Assembly (NCBI GenBank): GCA_013239625.1
Contig: MU053559.1
Location: 1,054,001 to 1,118,000 of the forward strand
DNA length: 64,000 bases
Direction: 5' to 3'
From: Lama guanicoe
Taxonomy: Eukaryota
The position numbers and the translations under genes were made by a program. The notes beneath the pieces are model-generated. The model saw only the letters and a program-made list of their open reading frames with translations, was not told where the DNA came from and searched no databases. Below are positions 25,570 through 40,100 of this stretch, piece after piece (within the stretch, counting starts at the first letter, position 1; each line of letters opens with the position of its first letter).

Positions 25570-26290
25570 AGGACATGGCTTTCGTGCTCAGTGATGGTAC
25601 TCTGTGGGGTGAGTGATGGGGGGTCTGGGGGGTCAGTGATGACAGTCTATAGGGTGAGCAGGGGACACCCGTGAGGTGAGCGATGAGAAGTCTGTGGGGT
25701 GAGTGATGAAGATCCTTGGAGGCCACTGATGGGGTATGTGGGATAAGTGACTGGATCTGTGGGATAAGTGACAAAGGGCTGTGGGGTGAATGGTCAGGGG
25801 TAAGTGGAGAAAGGAATGGGGACTGTGGTGTGAGTGATAGGGTCTCTGAAGTGTGATGCGTGCTCTGTGGAGTTAGTGATGGAGGTCCTTGGAGCAAATG
25901 ATGGGGTGTCATGGGGGTTAGTGGGGTAAGTGATGGGGGTCCGTGAGATGAATGATGGGGGTTCAGTGGGGTGAGTGATGAGGGTGTCTGGAGAGAGTAA
26001 TGGGTGGTCTGTGGAGTGAACGGTGGAGAGCCTGTGGGTATTACAGAGTGGGTGAGTGAGTGATGGGGAGTTTTTGAGGTGAGTGATGAGGGCCGTGGGG
26101 TGAGTGTTGCAGAGTCTATGAGGTGTATAATGGGGTTTATTGGGTGGATGGCCAAGGTTTCTGTGGTGTGAGTGATGGAGTTCTGTGGAATGAGTGATAC
26201 GTTTATTTGGGACTAGTTATGGAGGGACCTATGGAATCAGATATGCTACTTCTTGAGGTCAGTGATAGGTGGTCCAAGGACTGAGATGGG
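25570..26290 (+). repeat. Degenerate G/T-rich tandem repeat (~25-27 bp unit, core GTGAGTGATGGGG)
   Basis: Recurrent ctgtggggtgagtgatg motifs; explains the low-complexity P/S/T/H ORF 25568..26155(-). Confidence 0.85.
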
Positions 26291-27671
26291 ATTGTTTCAA
26301 AAACCTACTTTTGACCTTCTTAGTCCTCCTGTATCTCTGTTTTCTGTGTCATTAGTTTCTGCCCTTGAGTTCATTATTTCTTTTCTTTGGGTTTTTTCTT
26401 TTTTATATATTTTATAGTTTTCTTCTTATAGATTCAGCACCTTTTTTAAAAAAATTCATTCTTACTATTTCACATTTGATTTCATCATTATGGCGAATAG
26501 CATATTTCTCTATTTCCATAGAAAAAATAGACCGATTTTTAAAGTTTTATTTCTTTTTTATATTTTGTTTCTTATCCAATCCAGTTATCACATTCTCATG
26601 TGAATTCTAGTTGCCTTTTATGGTCTTTTAGTTTTCCTAGATATATCATGTCACATCCAAGTAACAGCGATGCTCTCTTCCTCTCAAATATTTATTCTGA
26701 TTACCTCATCTTCTCCTATTGCATTAGCTAGAGCTTTTAGAACAATGTTGAGTGATACTTGATAGAAGGTACCCCTATTTTGTTGCTAATTTGAAATTGA
26801 AGGGTATTCATTCATTCATTCAACAAACATTTATTGAGTACCTTTCCCTTTCCAGATACTGGGTTTGAAATCCTGAATGGCCGCTTACTAGCTACATGAT
26901 CTTTTTTTTTTTCCAACAGCTTTATTGATATAATTCACCTACTATAAATGCCACCATTTAAAGCTTCCAATTCAGTGGTTTTTAGTATATTCATAGAGTT
27001 GTGCAACTACCAACACAATCTAATTTCAGAGCATTTCATCACCTCAAAAGCAAACATCGTACTAATTCTTCATTCCCACCCCATACCTCTAGTTTACTTT
27101 ACCCAGCCACTAATTTACTTTCTGTCTCTATAAATTTGCCTGCTCTAGACTTTTCATATACATAGAATTAAACAATACGTGGTCTTTTGTGACTGTCTTC
27201 TTTTACTTAGTGTGTTTTCAAGATTCATCCATGCTATAGCATATATCAGTACTTCATACTTCATTACTGCATAATATTCCTTTGCTGGATATACTACATT
27301 GTGTTTATCCATTCATCAGTTGATGGGCATTTAGGTTGTTTTCACTTTTTGGCTACTATGAATAATGCTGCTGTGAACATATGTGTGCAAGTTTTCGTAT
27401 GGACATATGTTTTCATTTCTCTTGAAAGTGGAATTGCTAGATCATATGGTACCTTTGAAGAATTGCCAAACTTTTATAAAATGGTTGCACCATTTTACAT
27501 CCCACCAGCTATGTATGAAGGTTCCAGTATATCACATGCTCATCAACACTTGTTATTGTCTGGTTTTTTTCTTTTGATTCTAGCCATCTCAGTGGGTGTA
27601 AAGTGCTATCTCATTGTGGTTTTGATTTCTATTTCCCTAATGAGTATTGGTGTTGAGCATCTTTTCATGTG

Positions 27672-27987
27672 TGCAATGGACTGAATGTTTATATACCCCC
27701 AAAACTCTAATCCCCAATATGATGGTATTAGGTGATGAGGCCTTTGGGAGGTGATTAGTACCCTTATAAAAGAGACCCCAGGGAGCCCCTTTGCCCCCTT
27801 TACCATGTGAGGATACAACAAGAAGATGGCTGTCTGTGATTCAGGAAGCAGATTCTCACTAGACACCAAATCAGCTGACACTTTGATCCTGGACCTCCCA
27901 GCCTCCAGAACTGTGAGAAATAATGTTTGTTGTGTAAGCCACCCAGTCTTTGGTAGTTTGTGATAGCAACCTGAACACACTAAGACA
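27672..27987 (+). mobile_element. MaLR solo LTR (MLT1A-like) inserted in L1
   Basis: TG...TAAGACA ends; 5-bp TSD ATGTG at 27667-27671 and 27988-27992. Confidence 0.88.
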
Positions 27988-30900
27988 ATGTGTTTATTGG
28001 CCATTTGTATACCTTCTCTGGAAAAATATCCAAATCCTTTGCCTATTTTTTAATTGTGTTATTTGTCTTTGTATCATTGAGTTGTAAGCATTCTTTATAT
28101 ATTCTGGATACAAGTCCCTGGTCAGACAATGAGATTTGCATATATTTTCTCCCATTTTTCTGGGTGTCTTTTCACTTTCTTGGTGGTGGCCTTGTGGCCC
28201 CAAAGTTTTTAATTTTGATGAAATCTAATTTATCTATTTTTATTGCTGTTGCTTGTGCTTTTGATGTCATAGACTTTTCTTTCCCCATTGAATTGTATTA
28301 CAATCCTTGTCTAAAATCAATTGACCATGAATATAAGGGCTTCTTTCTGAACTTTCAGTTCTATTTCATTCATCTGTATGTCTTCTTTATGCCAGTGCCA
28401 TACTGTGTTGATTTGTGTAGCTTTGTAACAAGTTTTGAAATAGAGAAATGTGTGTCCTCCGACTATGTTCTTATTCAGTGTTTTGGCTATTCAGGGTCTC
28501 TTGCATTTCTGTATAAATCTTAGAATCAGCTTGTTGCCCTCTGCAAAAATGCCCCGCTGGGATTTCAATAGGGATTGTGTTGACTGTTCATCATTTGGGG
28601 GAATATTGCCGTTTTGTAAGTCTTCTGATCTGGGCATTTTTTTTAGCATAATGTTTTCTGGTGATTTTTTTGGTAGTCATTGTAATATTTACACAGTGTT
28701 TTTTTTTTTACTGTTCCTATTTTAATTTGTATTTTTGTTAAGAATAGTTCCTGAATTGTGTCAGATGCTTTTTGATGTTAATAGTCTTATGGTATTATTC
28801 TCTTTAATTGGTTGTTGTAATGAATTATATTGATTTGTAACGTGGCCTCATCTTTGCCTTCCTGGAATAATTCTATTTGGTCAAGGCAGATTTTTTTTTT
28901 ATGAGACATGGTTGGATTTGAGTTACTAATATTTTAGTAAAAAATTTATTTAAGCATTTTAAATCCACTATAAGAAAACTATTTATAGTTTTCTTTTTTT
29001 TTTCTTTGTACTACCTTTAACGTGTTGGTGTTAAGGTTCCATTCCATTGATCTGTGTGTCTGTCCCTTTGCCAAAACCACCGTCTTGATTACCATACCCA
29101 TACAATAAGCTTTAGTATCTATCAGAGTGGTTCTCCCACTTTATTCTTCTTTGTCAAGACTGTTTTAGCTATTCTAGGGGCTGTACCTTTCCATATAAAT
29201 TTTAGAATATTCTTGTCTGTGGATATTGAACATATTCCCACGTGCTTACTTGCCTTCCTTGTATCCTCTTTGGTGAAATGCCTCTTATGTCTTTTGCCTG
29301 TTTTCTAATTGGATTGTTTGTTTCTTCAATGTTAAGTTTTGAGAGCTTATATGTTATCGATACGAGTCTTTGTCAATTAAGGAGTTTGTGAATATTTTCT
29401 CTCAGTCTTCAGCTTGTCATTTCATCCTCTTAAGAGTGTCTTTTCCAGAGCTGCAATTTTTAACGTTGATGAAGTCAAATTTATTTTTTCTTTTAGAGAT
29501 CATGTCATATCTAAGAACTCTTCGCTAAGCCCTAAGACCTGATGATTCTCTCCTCTGTTGTCTTTCAACAGTTTTGTAGTTTTACATTTTACAAATAAAC
29601 CTTTTATCCATTTGGGGTTAATTTTTTATCAAGTGTGATAATTAGAATGAGATTTGTTTTTGTTGCTCTTTCTTTTTTTGCTTATGAATATCCAATTACC
29701 TCAGCACCATTTGTTGAAAAGACATTGAATTGTTTTCATACCTTTGTAAAATAATTAGTTGTGTGGGGCTATTTCTGGATCCTCTATTCTGTTTCAATGA
29801 TCTAAATATCTATCCTTTCATCCATACCACATTGTCTTGATTTCTGTAGTTAAATAAAAAGTATTAAAGTCAAGTAGATTGATTTATTCCACTTATTCTT
29901 TTGGTTTAGAATTGTTTTAGCTATTCTAGATCCTTTGTCTTTCCACACAGATTTTAGAATAATTTTGCCTATATCTACCAAAAATTCTTGCTGAGTTTCT
30001 GATAGAAATTGTATTGTCTGTATATCAACTTGTGAAGAATTGATATTTTTACTACGTTGAGGCTACCAAGCCATAAACACAGTATCTCTATCCATTTATT
30101 TAGACCTTTGTTGATTTCTTTCATCAGCATTTTGTCATTTTCAGCATACGAGCCCTGTACATGTTTTGTTACATTTATCCCTAAAATCTCATTTTCTGAG
30201 TGATGTATTGTATTTTAACTTAATTCATTATATTCATTTGTAGTATATAAAAATGAAATGGATTTTTTGTTTGTTTGTTTCCACGACGGAGTATGCCTTT
30301 CTATGTATCTATCTATGTCCATCAGATACAATGACTGTTTTAATTGAAAGTTCTGCATCAACTTTAGCAAATACATAGACTGTCCATTTTCCCTACTTTA
30401 GATTACCAACAGTCTCCTTAAATTGATTTTGAAAGGAAGCAGATAATAAAAAATAATTAAGATTATTTAATTATACTCCACACGAAAACCATCCTCCTAG
30501 TACTTCACCGTGATTTCATGTAGTTCAGTTTCAGTGTGATTATTTTGCACTTTTCTTTAGGAATATTTCTGTCTGAGGATAACCTTGCTTGTATTTGGCT
30601 GTGTCCCAGGTTTCCTTCAGAACACATTGACAAACTGACTCTTGGGACGCCTTATGACTCTGCAAGCCAGTACAAGAAAATACAACTGGTTTTTGTGTAT
30701 TGTTATTGTATCCAGTAACCTTGCTGAAGCCACTTACTACTTCCGGAAGTTTTTGTGCAGGCTCCTTGGGGTTTTCTGTGTAGACCATTATATCATCTAC
30801 AAATAGGGACAGTTTTATTTCTTCCTTTTCTATTTGTATGCCTTTTATCTTGTTTGCTTGCCTCACTGCACTGGCTAGAACTTTTATTACTATTTTGAGT

Positions 30901-32276
30901 AAGAGTGGCAATAGTTGACATCCTTGCCTTGTTCCTGATCTTAAGGGGCAAACATTCAAGTCTCTCACTATTAAGTATGATGTTAGTTGTATTTTTTGGT
31001 AGAATTTTTAAAAGTTGACCAAGTTTTCCTCTATTCCAAGTTTTCTGAGAGTTTTTTTTATCATGAATGCGTGTTGGATTTTGTCAAAATCTTTTTCTGC
31101 ATCAATTGATACGACCGTATGATTTTTCTTCTTTAACTTGTTAATATGGTAGATTGTATTGATTGACTTGATTTGAAAATATTGAACCAGTCTTGCATTC
31201 TTGGAATAAACTCCACTTGGTCATAGTGAATAATTCTTTTTATGTATTACTGAATTATATGTGCTAATATTTTGTTAAGAATTTTTGCATCTGTGTTCAT
31301 GAAGTTCTGTAGTTTTCTTTTGTTGTACTTTTTTGGAGAGGGTTAGAGAATGAAATAATTCATCAAGATACATCCTATTTTCAAATACAGGTGATGATGA
31401 AATATGAAAAATTTGCTGTGCAAACTACATATATCCCCAGCAGGAAAACATTAGCACATCGATCATGTATTTTTTGTACTCTTTGTCTAGTTTTGCTGTC
31501 AGGTTCTATGGAATGAGTTAGGAAGAATTCCCTCTTCTGTTTTCTGGGTGAGAGAATGTGGGATTGGTTTTCATTCTTTTTGAAGTTTGTGGAAATCTCC
31601 ACTGAAACCATTTAAGCCTGAAGATTTCTATTTCAGTTTTTTGTGTGTATGTGAGATTTTATTTATTTATTTACTTTTAATTGAAGTATAGTCCATTCAC
31701 AATGTTGTCTTAGTTTCTGGTGTACAGCATAGTGATTAAGTTATTCTTATTTTTGGTCGTTTTTTAAATTGTAAATTCAACTTCCTTAATACTTATGAGA
31801 CTATTCAAATGAACTATTTCACATGGGAAGAGTTCTTTTCTGGTAGTTTGTCCTTTTTGAGGACTTCGTCCTTTTCATCTGAGTCGTCAAATTAATGTGT
31901 GTAAAGTTGTTCATTGTATTTTCTATTATCCTTTTGATATCTGTGGGGTCTGTAGGGATATCCCACTTCATTCTTGCTATTAGTCATTTGCGTCTTCTCT
32001 GATTTTTCCTTTGTCAGTATTACTGTTTATTTTATTGTTCTTTTTGGAGAACCAGCTCTTTGTTTCATTGGTTTTCTCTGTTATTTTCCCGTTTTCAACT
32101 TCATTGATTTCTGCTTCTACTTTTATTGTTTCTTTTCTTCTGCTGGCTTTAGGTTTACTTTGCTCTTCTTTTCTAGTGTCTTGAAACGAGAGTTTAGATT
32201 ATTGATTTAAGGCTTTTTCTCCTTTCAGATATACACATTTCATGCTATAAATTTTCCTCACAATGCCTCTTTAGCT

Positions 32277-32838
32277 TGTCAAGCAGACTTGTACACTGGT
32301 TATCAATCCCAGGGGAGGACTCCAGACACTTCTGCCCACTGCGTCTTGGTATCAGAGTTACCGAGGAAAGTACAACACAGTCAAGCACTGGATGGAACAA
32401 CACTTTGCTCATATAGAAAAGAGACAGAGCAAGATCAGTTTCAGAAGTGTGCGTTGGTTCCTCATTGCTAGCAGGTCCCCCAGCAGCCAAATGGCATATT
32501 AGCATTGGAAAAGATGCTCAGCTTCATTAGTTAGCAAAGAAATATCAATTAAAGTAAGATACTCCTCATGCCACAGAGGAAGGACTCCCACTCCTCCTCC
32601 ATGGACTCTGAAATACTGAAAGCTGAGGGCGTGCCTGAGGGCCATTGATGTACAAGTTTCAGCAGAACAAAATAGCACACACTGAGTCTGAAATAGGGAA
32701 AGATATTCCCACACAAGGCAATAAGCCCAACGCAGGTTGTGAGGGCTCTTTATCGCTTGGTAAAGAAGAACTCCAGGCCCAAGGCCCATTCTGAGTGGGA
32801 GTTGAAGGACTATCTGCACAAGACTGCCTTTCCCAACG
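32277..32838. mobile_element. Solo ERVL-class LTR inserted in L1
   Basis: 5-bp TSD TAGCT at 32272-32276 and 32839-32843; TG start; L1 sequence resumes on both sides. Confidence 0.7.
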
Positions 32839-35800
32839 TAGCTGTATCCCACAACTTTTGATATGTTGATATGTTATATTTTCATTTTTGTCCAGTTCAG
32901 TTTTGTTTTGCTCAGTTACATTTCCCTTGATACTTCCTCTTTGATTCTTGGATTATTTAGAAGTATGTTGTTTAGTTTCCAAGTGTTTGGAGATGTTCCC
33001 GTCTTTTTCTTACGGATTACTAGTTTGATTCCATTGTGGTCAGAGAATGTACTACATATGATTTCAACTCTTTCACATTTGTTGAGGTTTGTTATATGGT
33101 CTAGGATAGGGTCTATATGGTATATGTTCCACAGACACTTGGAAAGAATGTGTATTATGCTATTGTTGGGTGGAGTGCCCTATAAATGTCCCCGAGATCC
33201 TGTTGGTTGATGGTGTTCTCGAGTTCTTTTGTAACTTCACTCATTTTCTGTCTAGTTATTCTACCAATTGTTGAAGGAAGGCTGTTAAGGTTTCCAACCG
33301 TAATTGTGAATTTGTCCATTTCTCCTTTCAGTTCTATCAAATTGTTTTTCACATGTTTTGCAGTTCTGTTGCATGGTGCATGTACATTCAGGATTGCTAT
33401 GTCTTCTTGGTAGACTGACCCTTTTATCATTATGCAATGTCTCTGTTTGTCCCTGGTAATTTTCTTTTTTCTGAAGTCTACTCTATCCAATATTAACAAA
33501 TCCACTCTTGCTTCCTTTCAGTTAGTGTTTGCGTGATATATTGTTTCCGTCCTTTTACTGTCAGCCTATATATATCCTTATATTTATAGTAAATTTCTTA
33601 TAGACAATATATAGTTGGGTTATGATTTTTTGACATCTGCTCTGCCAATCTCTATCTTACAATTGATGTATTTACATTTATACTTTTTGTCATTATTTTT
33701 ATGTTAAGGTTTAAGTCTGTCATACTTTGTGTTTTCTGTTTGTTCTCTCTATTCTCTCTCTTCTTTTTCCTATCCTTCGTTGGGTTATTTGAGCATTTTA
33801 AAGAAATCCATTTTGATTTATTTGCAGTGTTTTAAAGGGATCTCTTTATATAGCTTTTTTTTTACTGGATGTTCTGTTTATCGTGTAATATATACACCAC
33901 TTACCAACATCTACTAGTATCATATTACCTCTTCCAGGGAAGTATAGCAACCTTACTTACTTTATGTCCCTTTATCCTCCCCTATTTATACTATAATTGT
34001 CTTAAATATTTCCTTTACATATATTGAGTACCATATTAGATGATGTTATCATTTTTGCGTCCACTGTCAAACATAATTTAGAAAACTTAGGGAGAAGGAA
34101 AGTATGTTATATTTACCCAAATATTTGTTCTTCCCATATTCTTTCTTCCTTGCTGATGTTCCAAGATTCCCTCCTTTCTAATTTCCTTTCTTTTTAAGGA
34201 ATTTCCTTTAACCTTTATGGTAAGTCTGCTGGTAAAAAAGAAAAAATTCTTAGTTTTCTTTTATCTGAGAATGTCTTGAGATCTCCTTCATTCCTGAAGG
34301 ATATTTTCAATGGAGAGAGGATCTCAGGCTGACAGTTCAGCACTTGGAAAATATTGTACCACTTCCTTCTAGTTTCTGATGAGCAATTTGCTGTCATTCA
34401 AATTATTTGCTTTTACAGAGAATTGCATTGTTTCTCTCCTGCTGCTTTCAAGATTTTTTTAAATTTCTCCTTAGTTTTCGGAAGTTTGACTATGATATGT
34501 CTTGGCATGGATTTTTATTGTTGTTTTATTCTGTTTATGTTTCATTCAGCTTCTTGAATCTGTAAGTTGAGGTCTGCTGCCAAATTTGCAATATTTTCAG
34601 CCATTACTTCTTCAAATACTTTTTCAACCCTGTACTATCTCCCCTCCTCTGAGACACCAATGACTCAAATGTCAAATCTTTTTTGTTATAGTCTCACACG
34701 TCCCTCAAGCTCTCTCCATTTCTTTTCAATTAATTTTCTTCCTGTGGTTGTTCATATTGGTTTGTTTCTATTCTGTCTTCAAGCACACTGTTTCTTTAGT
34801 CCTCTCCATTTTGTTGTTGAGCCCATCCATTGAGTTTTTGGTTCAGTGGCAATATATTTTAGTTCTAAAATTTCCACTTAGCTCTTCTTTACATCCTCTG
34901 TTACTTTACTGAGATTTTCTATTGTCTCATTTGTGTTAAGTGTTTTTCCATAATTGCCCAATGAAACATTTTTATGATGGCTGCTCTAAAATCCTTGTCA
35001 GATAATTCCAACATCTGTGTTATCTCAGTGTTGGCATCTGTTCATTGTCTTTCCTCAATTCAAGTTGAGATTGTCCTTCTTCTTAGTATGACAGCTGATT
35101 TTTTTGTTGTTATGTCCAGGACATTTTGGGTATTATATTATTAGGCTCCGGAATTTATTTGACTCTCATGTTTTAAATAGGCTTTCTTTGACAGAGCTCT
35201 GTTTGGTGAAGGGAAATGTCACATCATTCCTGACAGGTGAGGATGGAGGTCTAGGTCCTTGCTTGGCCTCTCTCTTTTTTTTTTTTTTTTTTTTTTACTG
35301 CTGATACCACCTAGGCCGGGGGTGGGCAGGCACCTGCTTCTTGTGTGCTGTCCACTAAGGCTGTTGGCAGAAGCGCCCTTGTTACTGCAGAGCCTGGGTG
35401 AGAGCTCCAGTAGATCTCCTCACATCACCTCAGCAGGAAGGAGGAAGGACACATTGTAATCGCTGGGTGAGGATGGAAGTCCTGTCTCCCCACTTGGTCT
35501 TCACTGTTACTGAGGGTTTGGGGGGAGGAGGCAGCTGTTATTTCCCAGCAAGGAAGAAAGATGCAACACGCTACGAGGCTTTCTCTGACATCACCTTGGC
35601 AAGGGGCTGGGAGCTGGGGGCACCTTCTTACAGTCTGACAGGGCTGGGAATTTCTCCACTTCGCCTTGCTTTTAGTCATGGGGTTAGGGCCGCGGTGTCT
35701 TCTGTATTTGGCTCGAGTAGAACCTTCACTGTCTAAAACTGAGTTTCCTATCTTGCTAGACTGCCCCTCTCCTGGTCCTTTGACTAGAGAGAGCAGGCTT

Positions 35801-38800
35801 TTCTTGGGGCAGTTTTTATCTGCACCCGTTGGCCTTTCTGGGTTGCCAGCTTCTCCAGCACCAAATGTAGGATGTATGAGGCTAAGAGAAAACCCACTGA
35901 ACTCACTGCCATGTCATGTTTTAGGTCTCGGCCAGTCTGCCTTCTTCACTCCACCTTCCAGAATTTTCCTCTGTTTTACATATGATGTCCAGAGTTTTCC
36001 GTTGTATTTAGCAAGAAGACTAGGTAAGATTATATCTACTCCATCTCCAGAAGAGGAAGTCCCCAAAATTGTGATTTTTTTTAAGACTTCATGTGGTTCC
36101 ATGCATTTGTGCTGGCTTTATATGTTTTTGTCAAACAACCCTAAAGGTTTATGCAAGTTGGCACTCCTTTATTATATATTTTACTATTAAAATATATCTC
36201 CTTTTTTTGTTAATCTATTGAGCACTTTGGACCTTAATTTCCACCTCAATAATTATATCTCTAGACCTGCTTTCCTTTTTTTTTTTACATTTGCCTGGTG
36301 TATTGTATATGTTTAAAAACCTTCATTAAGTTATAACATACTACAGAAAAGTGCACACATTATGCGCATTTAGCTTGATGATATTTTAACAGACTGAGCA
36401 AACCTGCACAACCAGCCACCCAGATCAAGAAATAAAACATTACTAGCACTCAAGAAGCCCTCCCCCGTATTGCTTTCCCATTGCTAACTTCCTCCCAAGG
36501 GGTGTCAACACCTGGACTTCTAACAGCATGAATTAGTTTTATATGTTTTTGAAATTTATGGAAACATGACCATATAGTATTGACTGATTGCTCTTTTTTG
36601 AGTCTGGCTTCTTTGACCAACATAGCGTTCACGAGATGAGATTTGTGCACATTGTGTGTAGCGGTTGTTGATTCTCGTCACTGTGTAGTATTTCCTTGTA
36701 TTAATAAAGGACAACTTGTTTATCCATTCTAATGTTGATGGGCATTTGCGTACTTTTCAGTTTTGAATAAAGCCAATGTGACCATTGCCATACCTGTCTT
36801 TTGGTAAACATATGCTCACATTTCTCATGAGTACATACCTAGGAGTGGGATGGCTGGGTCATAGGATATTTCATATGTTCAGCTTGATTTTTTGGGTGGT
36901 TTTTGTTTTGTTTTGTTTTGTTTTCCTTAAATGTTTTCCCTTAACGGAAGCACTGGGGATTGAACCCAAGCCCTTGTGCACACCAAGCACTCGCTCTATC
37001 AGCTTTAATAGATACTACCAAAGAGCTTTCCAAAGTGTTTGTACTATTTTATGCTCCTAAAAAAACAATTTATGAGTTTCAGTTGCTCCACACCCTTGCC
37101 AGCTCTTGCTTATGTCCCATCCTTTTCATTTAAGCCATTGCTGGTGGATATGGAGGCGTATCTATAATTTGTATTTTCTTGCTAACTAATGAATGTGAGC
37201 ATCTTTTCCTATGTTCATTTGCCGTGTGGATATCATCTTTGCGATGTGTCTGATCCTTTGCTCTTCTTCTCTCTCTCTTATTGATTTCTAGGAATTCTTG
37301 GTAGATTTGAGATATGAATTGGTTGTCTTCTCCCACGGTGGGATTTGCCTCCACACTTTTAATTTTGTATTCTCATGAACAGAAATCCTTACTTTTAATG
37401 CAGTCCAATTTAATAATCCTTTACTCTAGATATCCAAGCTTAATATGAAGCATGTTAATTAAGACAATATAGTACTTGTCAAAGAATAGACGAATAGTCC
37501 AATGGAAATACAGAGTTCAGGAATGAACCCCCACATATACAGTCTCAAGGTGATACTGCAGAGCAATGGGAAGAGGGTAATCCTTTTAGTAAGTGGTACT
37601 GGATCATCTTGATATTGACATGGAAGAAATGAATCTTGACCCTAACACATACAACATACCAGTTCATTCCTGGTAAGACTGTACATCTAAATGTGAAAGA
37701 TATCGCTGTAAAACTATTAGAAGAAAACATTAAACACCTTTATGACCCTGAGGCAGGCAACGGTTTCCTAAGACAGACCAGAATAGAAAGAATAGTAAAT
37801 ACCATGGCATATTTCTGTCCAATGCTTCATTTCACATTTTTGTCTTTTTGTTTTAGATGTGCGGCAACTATATTTTTTAACCCAATCCCATGGTCTTTAT
37901 CTTTTACATCAGAATTCAGCTCATTCAATTTAGTTGAATTCTAATATGTTTGATTTCATGCCCCGATTATTTTGTGTTTACTATTTATTTTACTTGGTTG
38001 ATATTTCCTCACTTTCTCTTTTCCTTTTTTAGCTGGTTTGGTCATGTTTCTCTTAATTCCCCTCTAGGTTCTTATTATTTCAGAATTCTGACAGTTTGGA
38101 ATTTTGGTTATTTTTATCAATTTCTGCAAACAGTTGCCTTCACCTTCCTTACAAAATGGTTATCTATATTTTCTCTATTTCTAAGTTCAAATAATGTAGC
38201 AATATTATTTGGATCTAGTAATAGAGATGCATAATTCGCCTTCTCCTCATTTCACTCAGTAGAATTCCCCAGGGTATTAAAAAATTTCCACTTATTAATA
38301 GTATAATCTTATTTGTTCTAAACGCCCAATTACATTATTTTTCTTTACTCAGTTATAATTTTATGTCAGTTGCAATAATCATTTCTCAAAATTGCTTTCC
38401 TCTGATTTTGAGGTGTCTATTACTATTTAATTTATCATTGTTTAGACTATTCTCCTGAGATGCTAATGTTGGCATATAATGCTATAAATGCTTGTTATGT
38501 CTAAAATTGTCTGTCGTTTGCTCGAGCAGAAGAATGGTATCAAGCTAAGATGGGCTTAAAACTCTTGGATCTCAGTCCCTTTCTCTCAATAATTTGTAGT
38601 TTTTTCTTTTAATGTGGCTTGAATTGTTGTAAATAAGAAGTCTAGTGCTGTTGTAAATATGTATTTCTTTCCATTGTAAATAACATATTGTTTCTGCCTG
38701 GAAGTGTTTTAAGTTTTCTTTTTATCCTTTACATTCAGTACCAAACCAGACTCGGGGGGTGATTTGGTTCCTCTGAGAGTGAAGGATTTTGGGAAGATTT

Positions 38801-39659
38801 CCGTGGGGGAAGATCAGTGAGTTAGAGTCCAGTGGGATGAGATAATCCAGGGCCTGTAGATGTCATTCGTGTTGGGGCAGTGAGTGACAATCTTGGGGAC
38901 TCCTTGAAGAAAAATAATTAGAGATGTTTGTGGATAAGTGATTGGGAGCTCTGTAGAAATTCTTGAGATTTTATAAGGGTTGGAGATCTAAAGTCATCTG
39001 AAGTATCTGAAGTCATCGATCAGTCCATGACAGTTATTAATTGGAACAAGAGGTGGTGAGTGATCATTTGTAAGCCTGGGATTACAAGTCTTTGGGAGTC
39101 AGCTTTTAGGGACCCTAGAGGAGTCATTGATTGGGACCTGTGGACATCAGTAATTGCAGGACTCTGTGAGTTAATATGCGATGGAACAGAAGGTCTATTT
39201 TTGAGGGGATTATGGGAGTCACTGATTCTCTATATGGGCTGTGAATTATGGAGTCCTGTGGGAGTTCAGGTTTGGCCCCCAAGGGGCATTAAGCAGATCA
39301 GTGGTTGGTTTTTCTATCAAGATTGTGTTACCTGTGTTGGTGATTATTGGAGGAGTCTATGGAAACCAGTTGACAGCACCATTTGGGACACAGTTTTTGT
39401 CAAACAGTGTACGTTTCCGATTTAGGAACGCATGCAAACGTGCTGACTTTCAGGGTCCACATGGGAACTGGGGGAGAGGGGACAAGTTGTTTATGTTTTC
39501 ATCCTTGGCAAAAGAGGGTGGGCTTTATAAGTTGCCCAGAATGTACACTGAATTATACAGAAGCTTGGTTTATACACCTGTGGCATGGTGACCCTTCAGT
39601 CAGAGCTGAAGGCAGCAGGAAACAGAAATAATGTTTATTGCGATTTGGTCACATATAGA

Positions 39660-40100
39660 ATACCATATGGCACAGTAGTTAAGAAAATGCACTTTGGAGC
39701 TAGACAGACCTGGGTTTGAATCCCTGTCCTTCCCCCTAATCTAAGCGATCTTGGGGCAAATTTCTTAATATGTATTAGATGGCAAATGGGAGTAACAGGA
39801 AAAGGAATGCACAGTTCATAGGATGAGTATGAAAACTAAGTGAGGTATCTAACTAAAACATTCCTTGCGCCTTATAATAACAGCAATATTTAATATCAGT
39901 GGAGTGTGTTCCTGGTGCCAGATAGGAGTGAGTGCTTTTAAAACATGTCATTTAACTTCAACAGCCCTATGAAATGAGTGTTTTCATCCTCAGTTTGAAG
40001 GTGAAAAACTCAGACTAAAGTAACTTCCCCAGGTTCTAGCTAGAATACAGAAGAGCTGGAATTCAAACTCTCATTCGTTTTACACCAAATCTCATGAGGT
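39660..40100. mobile_element. MIR fragments (one +, one -)
   Basis: actttggagctagacagacctgggtttgaatccc; aacagccctatga...taacttcccc. Confidence 0.7.

Larger units (their letters stand above)
26300..38740 (-). mobile_element. Composite block of old, mostly antisense L1s with ORF2 RT and endonuclease remnants and nested LTRs/SINEs
   Basis: RT remnant PLRSGTRQGC..EEIKLSLFVDDIMVY (30540-30968 -); EN remnant HCIMIKGSVYQEDIAILNVHAP (33155-33505 -); T-rich L1 antisense sequence throughout. Confidence 0.88.

Noticed and set aside
25568..26155. 195-aa P/S/T/H-rich minus-strand ORF
   Set aside because: Translation of the degenerate tandem repeat
27301..28725. Hydrophobic 90-177-aa plus-strand ORFs
   Set aside because: Antisense translations of L1 ORF2 and 3'UTR
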